Positions 56,637 to 64,000 of a DNA stretch of 64,000 bases are shown piece after piece. Location: assembly GCA_963797095.1 (NCBI GenBank), contig CAWCNY010000004.1, forward strand, positions 480,001-544,000, read 5' to 3'. The DNA is from an uncultured Chloroflexia bacterium. GTDB lineage: Bacteria > Chloroflexota > Chloroflexia > QHBQ01 > JADMIH01. Each line of letters starts with the position of its first letter. Within the stretch, counting starts at the first letter, position 1. Position numbers and translations under genes: made by a program. A model generated the notes under the pieces. It was not told the DNA's origin. It saw only the letters and a program-made list of their open reading frames with translations, and ran no database searches.

Positions 56637-57998
56637 ATGACGTCAACCGACAACATACAAGAAACGCAAAAAGCAGGCACTTCCGAATTCAATGGGCACG
56701 AGCCGAACTTTGAGCGCCATACCTTACCCAACGGCCTATCTGTGCTTACCAAAGAGGTCCACTCGGCCCCGGTGATCTCTTTTTGGGTCTGGTACCGGGT
56801 GGGGGCACGCAACGAGCATGCAGGGATCACAGGTATCTCTCACTGGGTAGAGCACATGATGTTCAAGGGCACGAGCACGTTTGGCAAAGGCCAGATCATG
56901 CAGATGGTTGCCGAGAATGGGGGCACACTCAACGCCTTCACTTCGGACGATTGGACAACCTACTTCGAGACACTCCCCTCAGATCGCCTCGACCTTGCCC
57001 TCCAGATCGAGGCCGACCGGATGGTCAACTCACTGATCGACCCGGATGAGGTTGCCTCCGAGCGCACAGTCATCATCTCGGAGCGCGAAGGCTCAGAGAA
57101 CGAGCCTGACCGCCTTCTTGATGAAGAGGTGTCGTCGGCGGCGTTCAAAGTACATGCATACGGCACTGCCGTCATCGGCTGGAAATGCGATCTTCGCACT
57201 ATGACCCGCGACGACCTCTATAACCACTACAAGACTTACTATGCTCCCAACAATGCGACCATAGTAGTTGTAGGCGATTTCGACACGGAAGAACTGCTCA
57301 AGAAGATACATACACTGTTCGGCTCATACCCTGAAAGCAGTTCGATACCGGAGGTGCGCTCTATAGAGCCCGAACAGATAGGTGAGCGTCGAGTGCGCGT
57401 GGAGCACCCAGGCACGACAGCTCAGATCGAGGTTGTATACCATACTCCTTCCGCCGCCAGCCCCGATATATATCCCCTTATGGTGGCGGATGCCCTTCTT
57501 TCCGGGGCCAAGCCGCTTGGAATGGGTGGTGGGGGCGGCAGATCGGCTCGTCTCTATAAGGCAATGGTGACCACCGAGATCGCGGCCAGTGCGGGCTCAT
57601 ATTTCTCGCTCCATAAGGACCCACATCTCTTTACCCTGGGCGCGACCGCCAAGGCAGGCGATGGGCACATGGAAAGCCTGCAAAACATGGAAGCCGCTCT
57701 TTTTGAGGAGATACAGAAGCTACAGGAAGATGAAATCCCCCAGGAGGAACTGGACAAAGCAGTGAGGCAATCTCGCGCTCAGTTCATCTATTCAGGCGAT
57801 AGCATGACCAACCAGGCTTATATGCTTGGCTACCTCGAAAGTGTCTACAGTGCGAACCTGTACGACGAAGCCCTTGAAAAGCTGGCGGCGGTGACCCCTG
57901 AGGACGTTCGACGCGTTGCTCGCACTTACCTTACCGAGCACAATCGTACGGTGGGATGGTTCATTCCAACTGAAGAAGGGTCTACAGATCACGTGTAA
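56637..57998 (+). CDS. M16B zinc peptidase, catalytic subunit
   Basis: HWVEHMMFKG (HxxEH), NAFTS, YYAPNNA. Confidence 0.95.
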   Translation: MTSTDNIQETQKAGTSEFNGHEPNFERHTLPNGLSVLTKEVHSAPVISFWVWYRVGARNEHAGITGISHWVEHMMFKGTSTFGKGQIMQMVAENGGTLNAFTSDDWTTYFETLPSDRLDLALQIEADRMVNSLIDPDEVASERTVIISEREGSENEPDRLLDEEVSSAAFKVHAYGTAVIGWKCDLRTMTRDDLYNHYKTYYAPNNATIVVVGDFDTEELLKKIHTLFGSYPESSSIPEVRSIEPEQIGERRVRVEHPGTTAQIEVVYHTPSAASPDIYPLMVADALLSGAKPLGMGGGGGRSARLYKAMVTTEIAASAGSYFSLHKDPHLFTLGATAKAGDGHMESLQNMEAALFEEIQKLQEDEIPQEELDKAVRQSRAQFIYSGDSMTNQAYMLGYLESVYSANLYDEALEKLAAVTPEDVRRVARTYLTEHNRTVGWFIPTEEGSTDHV

Positions 57999-58047
57999 TG
58001 CGAAAGCGCCTGATGACAATTATGACTTACTTTCTAAAGGAACAACA

Positions 58048-59340
58048 ATGCCGACAGTAGCCAACCGGGCACTTAGCCCCGAAACAATCACACGCCACAT
58101 CATGCCAAACGGTATGACGGTGCTTGTCTACCCCAACCCCACTATCCCCGCCCTCGTATCTCGTGTGTCGATCAGAGGGGGTGCTATGTATGACCCTTCG
58201 GATAAGGCGGGCCTTGCCTCGTTTGCGACAAGAGCTATGCGCCGGGGCACAGAGCGTTATACTTTTGAGCAACTGAACGAGGAGACCGAAGGCAGAGGCG
58301 CATCGGTGGGAGTTGACGCGGGTAAGGCTCTTATGGAGGCGGGGGGCAGGGCGCTCAAGGAAGACACCCGCTTTCTGCTCGATACGATAGCCGAAGTCCT
58401 GTTGAGGCCCGCCTTCCCGGCGGGCGAGATCGATAAGATGCGCAAGCAGATACGTACCGGCCTTGCAGAGTTGGAGATGGATACAGGCTCAGTCGGGGAG
58501 CGAGCCTTTCGTGAGACGCTTTACCCAGAGGGCCACCCCTACCACAACAGAACAGCGGGTTTCCTCGAAACCCTCGACAATATCGGGCGCGACGACATGA
58601 TCGCATTCTATAAGAGGTATATGCGCCCTGACCGTGCTATCCTGGTATCGGTTGGGGATGTGGGCCCCGATGAGATCGTGGCGCTGGCTGATGAGCTTTT
58701 CGGCGGCTGGCGGGCCGAGGGAGATGAGCTTGAGCCTTATGCCGTTCCCGATGCCCCGATGCCCAGTGGCGCGACTACAGTATTCCGACCTGTGCCAGGT
58801 AAGACGCAAAACGACCTGGTGCTAGGGTTCCCTGGTCTGCGCAGGCGCGACCCTGATTATTATGCATTCGATTTGATGAACCTGCTGCTGGGCCGGATCG
58901 GCCTCATGGGGAGGCTCGGTAAGAACGTTCGTGATGAGCAAGGGCTAGCCTACTATGCAGGTTCGTCATTTGAGGCAGGTTTGGGAGCGGGGCCCTGGGC
59001 TGTGCGAGCAGGAGTGAACCCATCCAATGTGCTCCAAGCTATTGGGAGTATCCGCCACGAAATCGAGAGGATCAGGACCGAGTTGATCCCCGATGAAGAA
59101 CTGGAAGGCGGCAAGCGTTATATGACCGGAGTGCTGCCGCTGCGCCTGGAAACAAGCGATGGGTTGGCCCGAACGATCCTGGAGATGGAGTTGTTCGACC
59201 TGGGTTTCGATTACATCAGCAATTATCCAGGGATTATCAATGCGCTAACTCCTGAGTATGTTAACGAAGTGGCGAAGATGCACCTGTCGTCGGAGAATTA
59301 CGTGGTGGCGGTGGCCGGCCCTTCTGTGGAAAGGCTATAG
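58048..59340 (+). CDS. M16B peptidase, non-catalytic subunit
   Basis: M16 fold without HxxEH; RLGKNVRDEQGLAY (R/Y pair). Confidence 0.9.
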   Translation: MPTVANRALSPETITRHIMPNGMTVLVYPNPTIPALVSRVSIRGGAMYDPSDKAGLASFATRAMRRGTERYTFEQLNEETEGRGASVGVDAGKALMEAGGRALKEDTRFLLDTIAEVLLRPAFPAGEIDKMRKQIRTGLAELEMDTGSVGERAFRETLYPEGHPYHNRTAGFLETLDNIGRDDMIAFYKRYMRPDRAILVSVGDVGPDEIVALADELFGGWRAEGDELEPYAVPDAPMPSGATTVFRPVPGKTQNDLVLGFPGLRRRDPDYYAFDLMNLLLGRIGLMGRLGKNVRDEQGLAYYAGSSFEAGLGAGPWAVRAGVNPSNVLQAIGSIRHEIERIRTELIPDEELEGGKRYMTGVLPLRLETSDGLARTILEMELFDLGFDYISNYPGIINALTPEYVNEVAKMHLSSENYVVAVAGPSVERL

Positions 59341-59341
59341 G

Positions 59342-62326
59342 CTACCACCCGCCGCTGGACGAGCCGCCGCCTCCCCAGCTTCCACCGGAAGAGTGCCCCC
59401 CTCCGAAACCGCCGGAGGAGGAACCTCCATGCCCAAATCCCCCGCTGGACGAGCCGCCGCCTCCCCAGCTTGAACCGCCGCCACTACTGCCGCCACCGCC
59501 ACCTCCCCAACTCCAGCCGCCACCGCCCCTGTGGTGACCACCTCCGCCGCCTCCCCAACCCCAGCCGATGAATCCGCCCCCACCGTAGTCGCGCCGCCTC
59601 CGTTCTTCTTCCTCGGCTTCTTGTTCGGTTTTGTACTGGACTACATCGCCATGCGCTTCCTGGTTTGCTTGCTGGGCGAGCGACTGGGCGTTGCGCGCGG
59701 CATCCATAATGCTGTGTATTTCATCAACGCCGGCTCCGTCTCTCCACTGAGGTAATGCATCCTGGGCCTGTCTTAGCAACTCTTTGGCGCGATGGCTTAC
59801 TTCTGAGCCATGCATGTTCATGTAGAAGTTGGCCTGCTCGATAGCCTGGGATGCTTCGTGGAGGGTGGCGTACGCTTGACTGCGGAGGTTCTCCATCGCT
59901 TGAAACTGCTGTTGCGCTGCGCCGTACACTTTGTCCGCTTCGGCCTGGGCTGTGCCAAGCTGTGTTGCAAGCTGGTTCAGAGCCTGCGCGAGCGCCAAAT
60001 CCTCCAGTCCGGAGCTTCCAATCTGCTGTATATTCGCCTGGATCTGTTCGAGATTTGCCTGGGTCGCTTGCAGGTCGCGGAAGAGGGCAGGGTCGAGGTC
60101 GGTGCGATGCACAGTTGCGAAGTTGGCTGCGCGGCTGAGGGCTGCTATGGCCTGCTGGCCAGTGGTGTTTACCTTCAGCCTGAACGCCTGCATGGCCTCT
60201 TCCTGGCTTCGGGCGTCGGCGAGTGCCTTGTCGGCAGTATCGTTGGCTGACCGGGCCTGGCGCACAACTGCAATCCAATCGGGTTTATCTTTTGCTGATT
60301 CGGCCTTCGCTTCGGATAGGAGACTCGCTGCTTCCTTGAGCATGTCTGATGGCCTGGGTGTGATGTCCTTGTCGTACTGTGCGACGAAGGTCTGACCCGC
60401 TTCGATATCATGTTGAGCGGTATCTATCTCGGTGCTCGCGGTGCGCTTGCTCTCCTCGATGTTCTTCAGCCGCTCCAGGATGGCTGTGACCAGGTCTCTC
60501 GCTTTTTTGATAAAGCTATCGGCCTGCGCCGCCAGATCAGCAGCCTTTTCGAAGTCCTGCTCCCCACCGGGTGTGAGGGCATTGAGATCCGAAGCCTGCT
60601 GCCACAATTCCTGAGCACTATTGGCGGCTTTCTGAGCTTCGGTGCCGTTGCCTTTTATGTCCACCCAGGAACTTTCGGCGTATTCGTCCACTTGGTCGAA
60701 TGCTTGCGCGCCTTGCCGGATGTAGTCTTTGAGTTCTTCGCCGGCCTTCTGGAGCGCAGACAGAGCCTGCTCATTGGACTTGTGAAGGGCAACCAGCGCA
60801 TCGACTGTAGAGCGCGCCTTACCGAGACCTTCGTCAGTGCTCTTCATGATGTTGTCGAACACAGCCGAGTCGCCGCTTTCCTCCAACCCTTTCGCGGCGC
60901 GCGCTAGAAGGCTTAGCAGGCTGGCTGAGTGGTCGCCTGAGCGCGCGAGCTTATAGCCGTTTTTGCGATACTCTGCTACGGCGCTTCGGAAGCCTGCTAA
61001 TGCGTTATAGGAAGTAGCGATGTGCTGGATAGAGGCAGAAATCCGGTCAGATAACTCGTGGGCTGAGGTGGCCGCGTCATAGGCGGCCAGTGGATGTGCA
61101 GGCCTGGCTGCAAGCGCTTGCAGGGCCTGAGAGATGAGCGCGGAGATACGTGCAGTCGCTTTGTTGGGGTCGGGTTTGTAGAGGTCTGGGGCCGCCGCAG
61201 CTAACCGTTCCAGGCTATTGGTCACTGCGGCCAGGGCTTTTTTTGCTTCTTCGACCTCCCCCGGAGCAGTAGCGACCTGGTTTTCGACCTGTCTGCTCCG
61301 TTCGGCGATTTCCTTGAGGAAAGTTGCTGCCGCGTTGATTTCGGTTTGTACTGATTGATATTGTGCGATGCCTGCCGTCAACTCTTCTTCGGTTGTGTAC
61401 TTCGCTTCGTTGGCCGCGTTGTAGTTCGCCAACGCGGCTGACACCCGGTCGTACATAGCATGATAGCTTGCCTGTAGCTTTGCCAGTTCGTCGGGGCGCT
61501 CGTTACCGAGGGCGAGGGCCAGGAAGCGGTATTGTAGCTGCTCGTTGGGGTCGGCGGGGAAGTCGAGGTCGGTGATCATGTCGGCGGCGACATTGCGTGC
61601 CTGGAGAAGTTGGTCCTGCAAGGTGCGCTTGCGAGCCGCAGCCTCTTGCGCTCGCCGCCATGCCCTCCATATGATTGGCCCCAGCACAGCAATCAGGCCA
61701 AGCACGATAATGATACCTAAGGCCCATAGAAGCGCCATGCCTAACCCGCTTGTGTCGATGTTGGTGATTACCGACGGCTGAGGTGTGGCCGTGGGCGCCG
61801 GTGTGGGCGGGTTCCTGAAGAGGTCTATTTTTGTGGCGGCGGTTGTAAAGGTATCTACGAATGCGCCGGTGTAGTCGCCAGCCGCAAGTTTGGGCTGCAT
61901 ATTGCCGGTGCGCAGAGAGGTGCCCAAGCCTTGCCCGTCAGGAGGGTCGGCCATGATCGAGTTCAGATCGTCGCCCCAGAGGACCGTGATTTGCCTGGGG
62001 CTGAGCGTGACTACTATGGCTAACAGGTCCGGGTCTACGGTCTGGTCGGAAACATTAGCGAGGCCGTAATTCTCAGCGACTTTACGAGCAAAGAGGTCGC
62101 TATCGTCGCCCGTGCGGGTTTGTAAGAGGGCGGCGAGTGGCTTGATCCCCAGGTACTTTAGCAAATCTGCGGCATTATTGATGGTGCTTACGTTGAGGTT
62201 GCCGGTGAGGTCGGCAACCACACCCACAAGCGGAGGAAAGGTCTGTGCGTAGGCGGCAGACCCCATCGCGAGAAGGTATGCGCCCACGATCAAGAGGGCA
62301 AGAAACAGCCTGAGTCTTCTTAGCAT
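59342..62326 (-). CDS. TPM-like domain membrane protein with long helical region and Gly-rich tail
   Basis: Signal peptide, VADLTGNL..LAAGDY TPM-like region, P/T linker, one TM helix, about 680 aa Ala/Gln-rich helices, GGGSSSGGW end. Confidence 0.8.
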   Translation of the reverse strand: MLRRLRLFLALLIVGAYLLAMGSAAYAQTFPPLVGVVADLTGNLNVSTINNAADLLKYLGIKPLAALLQTRTGDDSDLFARKVAENYGLANVSDQTVDPDLLAIVVTLSPRQITVLWGDDLNSIMADPPDGQGLGTSLRTGNMQPKLAAGDYTGAFVDTFTTAATKIDLFRNPPTPAPTATPQPSVITNIDTSGLGMALLWALGIIIVLGLIAVLGPIIWRAWRRAQEAAARKRTLQDQLLQARNVAADMITDLDFPADPNEQLQYRFLALALGNERPDELAKLQASYHAMYDRVSAALANYNAANEAKYTTEEELTAGIAQYQSVQTEINAAATFLKEIAERSRQVENQVATAPGEVEEAKKALAAVTNSLERLAAAAPDLYKPDPNKATARISALISQALQALAARPAHPLAAYDAATSAHELSDRISASIQHIATSYNALAGFRSAVAEYRKNGYKLARSGDHSASLLSLLARAAKGLEESGDSAVFDNIMKSTDEGLGKARSTVDALVALHKSNEQALSALQKAGEELKDYIRQGAQAFDQVDEYAESSWVDIKGNGTEAQKAANSAQELWQQASDLNALTPGGEQDFEKAADLAAQADSFIKKARDLVTAILERLKNIEESKRTASTEIDTAQHDIEAGQTFVAQYDKDITPRPSDMLKEAASLLSEAKAESAKDKPDWIAVVRQARSANDTADKALADARSQEEAMQAFRLKVNTTGQQAIAALSRAANFATVHRTDLDPALFRDLQATQANLEQIQANIQQIGSSGLEDLALAQALNQLATQLGTAQAEADKVYGAAQQQFQAMENLRSQAYATLHEASQAIEQANFYMNMHGSEVSHRAKELLRQAQDALPQWRDGAGVDEIHSIMDAARNAQSLAQQANQEAHGDVVQYKTEQEAEEEERRRRDYGGGGFIGWGWGGGGGGHHRGGGGWSWGGGGGGSSGGGSSWGGGGSSSGGFGHGGSSSGGFGGGHSSGGSWGGGGSSSGGW

Positions 62327-62357
62327 TAGTTGGTGACCTGGATAGCTTGTTGGGTTG

Positions 62358-62942
62358 CTAGCTCCGGGCGTTAGGGCGCGGGCCCATACCCTGGCTGCCC
62401 TGAGTTGTGATAGTTCCAAGTGCGCGGGTGCGGCGCTGCAACTGCTCGTTCGCCTTTTGGAAGTACGCATCGAGCAGTAGGCGTGCATCACGCAGCCGAT
62501 CGAGGGCATCACTATATGCCTGGGAAACCGTATCGAGGATCAGCCCCTCAAGCATGCCCGCGACCTGGGAATTGTTCCTGAATGGGAGCGTGGCATCGTT
62601 GATTTGTGGGTTCTGGGGAGTGCCCAGGCTTACCAGAGTATCAACAGCGAGATCCTCGGAACTTTTCTGGAGTGCGTTGGCAACTACCATAACACTGTTG
62701 CGGGCGTTAACGATATCAACTCCCGTAGCGCCCACACCAAACAGCAATTGAGAATGGTATGCAAGCCTCTGGGCAAGCACATCAGCTTGCTCTGTGATGA
62801 TGCGTGCTATATCCCCGGGAAGATCGAACGGCTGTTGGGGTTGGCCGTCTGCCGATGGGGCCGGTGCCTGGGGTTGTGCTGTATCTGGGGGAGCCTGATT
62901 GGTAGGTCTATCAGGCGAATTCGGCGTGGTACCTGTGGTCAT
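62358..62942 (-). CDS. Hypothetical protein
   Basis: AAGGA RBS, P/Q-rich N-terminus then helical domain; co-oriented with the TPM gene. Confidence 0.7.
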   Translation of the reverse strand: MTTGTTPNSPDRPTNQAPPDTAQPQAPAPSADGQPQQPFDLPGDIARIITEQADVLAQRLAYHSQLLFGVGATGVDIVNARNSVMVVANALQKSSEDLAVDTLVSLGTPQNPQINDATLPFRNNSQVAGMLEGLILDTVSQAYSDALDRLRDARLLLDAYFQKANEQLQRRTRALGTITTQGSQGMGPRPNARS

Positions 62943-63057
62943 TCCTTTCCTCCCGCTGTTTTATCCCCTTGTTTGTACTACAATCCGTGCGCGAATGCAA
63001 CAGCGGTGCTCTCCTTCCATTCCGTCTGTTATTGTGGAAAACTGCCGATGTTCGACA

Positions 63058-63086
63058 TTGACGGCAAGTATGGGCAGAAGTATACT
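63058..63086 (+). promoter_or_regulatory. sigma70 promoter with no downstream CDS
   Basis: TTGACG-17 bp-TATACT. Confidence 0.6.
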
Positions 63087-63119
63087 GAATTCACTTCAGA
63101 AGTGCTGAGCTTCAGGAGT

Positions 63120-63165
63120 AACAGAGGCCCGGATGATCCGTCAGGACTGTCTGGGTTTTCTGTTT
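63120..63165 (+). terminator. Long hairpin ending in U-rich tail
   Basis: AACAGAGGCCCGGATGATCC-GTCA-GGACTGTCTGGGTTTTCTGTTT. Confidence 0.6.
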
Positions 63166-63269
63166 AAGATGTTCTTTTGTCCACGGCCCGTAGTGTATTG
63201 TGATGTGGCGGCGTGGACTCGCCCTCATATACTAAGTGACGTTTGTGGGACAAAACGGGACAGGTTTTG

Positions 63270-63451
63270 GGTTCTTCGTCACTTTTGGTGAAGCATGCCT
63301 AACAACGTGGATCTATTGCTGGTGAGCGCCGATATACTGTCGAATCCGCGTGCCTCTGCGTCACCATGCCGGTTGTAGCATGCCCTGAAGGCTCTTGGGC
63401 CACCGCTTTGAGCGATTTGCTTCCCTGGTTCACCAAAAGTGACGAAGAGCC
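63270..63451. mobile_element. 182-bp MITE with ISL3-like ends
   Basis: 23-bp IRs GG(T/C)TCTTCGTCACTTTTGGTGAA (22/23 match); 8-bp direct repeat AGGTTTTG at 63262-63269 and 63452-63459. Confidence 0.9.
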
Positions 63452-63474
63452 AGGTTTTGGGGTGTACTTCGGTA

Positions 63475-64000
63475 GTAAGCTCTCAGATTAAGGGTGGGAG
63501 GGCTGGGAGAGGAGGGCCAAGCACTGGTCAAAGGGGTTGAGACCCTTAGCTCGCCAGGTGCCGAACAGGGTAGCCAACGTCATCCGGGTGGCTGATCCCT
63601 TGGGCGATTGACTACCACCTGATACCTTGCGCATCACCACCACAGGACGGATTGACCGTTCCGCCAGGTTGTTGTCAGAGGATAAGGTGGGCACTATCAC
63701 GAACTGGAATAACTCCTCCTGGTGGCGCAGCAGTCTCTTGCACAAGGTGTGGCATGGGTGCCTGCTCTTTGGGGGCCGTTACCGTTCTTGCCCCCGCCCC
63801 CGCCCCCGCCCCCGCCCCTGCCCCCGCCCTGTGGCCCTTGTTTGCCCCCGCCCTGTGGCCCGAACTCCTTGGCATCGGCATACTGCGCACCTAGCTTGGC
63901 AACCCCTTCCACCAACCGCCGGTACTCTCTTACACGCTGCTCCCACTTGTGTGGCTCTTTTGTGGCTTCGTCTGCAGTGGGAGGGCCAAGTTCGTGTTCT
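63475..64000 (-). mobile_element. IS66-family element copy 2, inverted, runs off window
   Basis: Reverse complement of the last 526 bp of copy 1 with at least two substitutions. Confidence 0.95.

Noticed and set aside
52682-64000. Genomic island or prophage integrated at tRNA-Pro
   Set aside because: No integrase, no duplicated tRNA 3' end seen, the IS lies on the tRNA 5' side, and the enclosed genes look chromosomal
52818-64000. Composite transposon inserted as a single unit
   Set aside because: The matching 8-mer is on the inner flank of copy 2, which fits inversion rather than a duplication at the two outer ends (far end not visible)

Overview
Bacterial chromosomal segment, most likely Chloroflexota (inferred from gene content and repeat types; not verified by search). 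It carries a dispersed purine cluster (purF, purL on the minus strand; purB, purC, purS, purQ on the plus strand) interleaved with housekeeping and accessory genes: a CorC-like transporter, rluB, cmk, MFS, DedA, P450, threonine aldolase, MerR/TipA, mtaB, pepN, Mrp, a PLP decarboxylase, GT87, class I FBA, an ABC-2 exporter, PIG-L deacetylase, SRAP, LOG, a DUF318/DUF1980 pair, an M16 peptidase pair, a TPM protein and tRNA-Pro(CGG). Mobile DNA comprises an IS982 with intact ends and one amber stop, a Y1 transposase flanked by inverted REP-like elements, two inverted single-ORF IS66 copies and a 182-bp ISL3-like MITE. Strongest observations: (1) swapped 8-bp target duplications plus a GC-skew flip indicate the 9-kb segment between the IS66 copies is inverted; (2) pervasive heptamer arrays keep a 7-nt register while switching motif and also sit in-frame inside conserved enzymes; (3) a roughly 280-nt candidate structured RNA at 45.3 kb and a small promoter-hairpin unit at 63.1 kb; (4) a co-oriented pseudokinase-PP2C / vWA / USP-degenerate-GpgS gene trio. 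No CRISPR array or rRNA was seen. All family calls come from motif recognition by eye.
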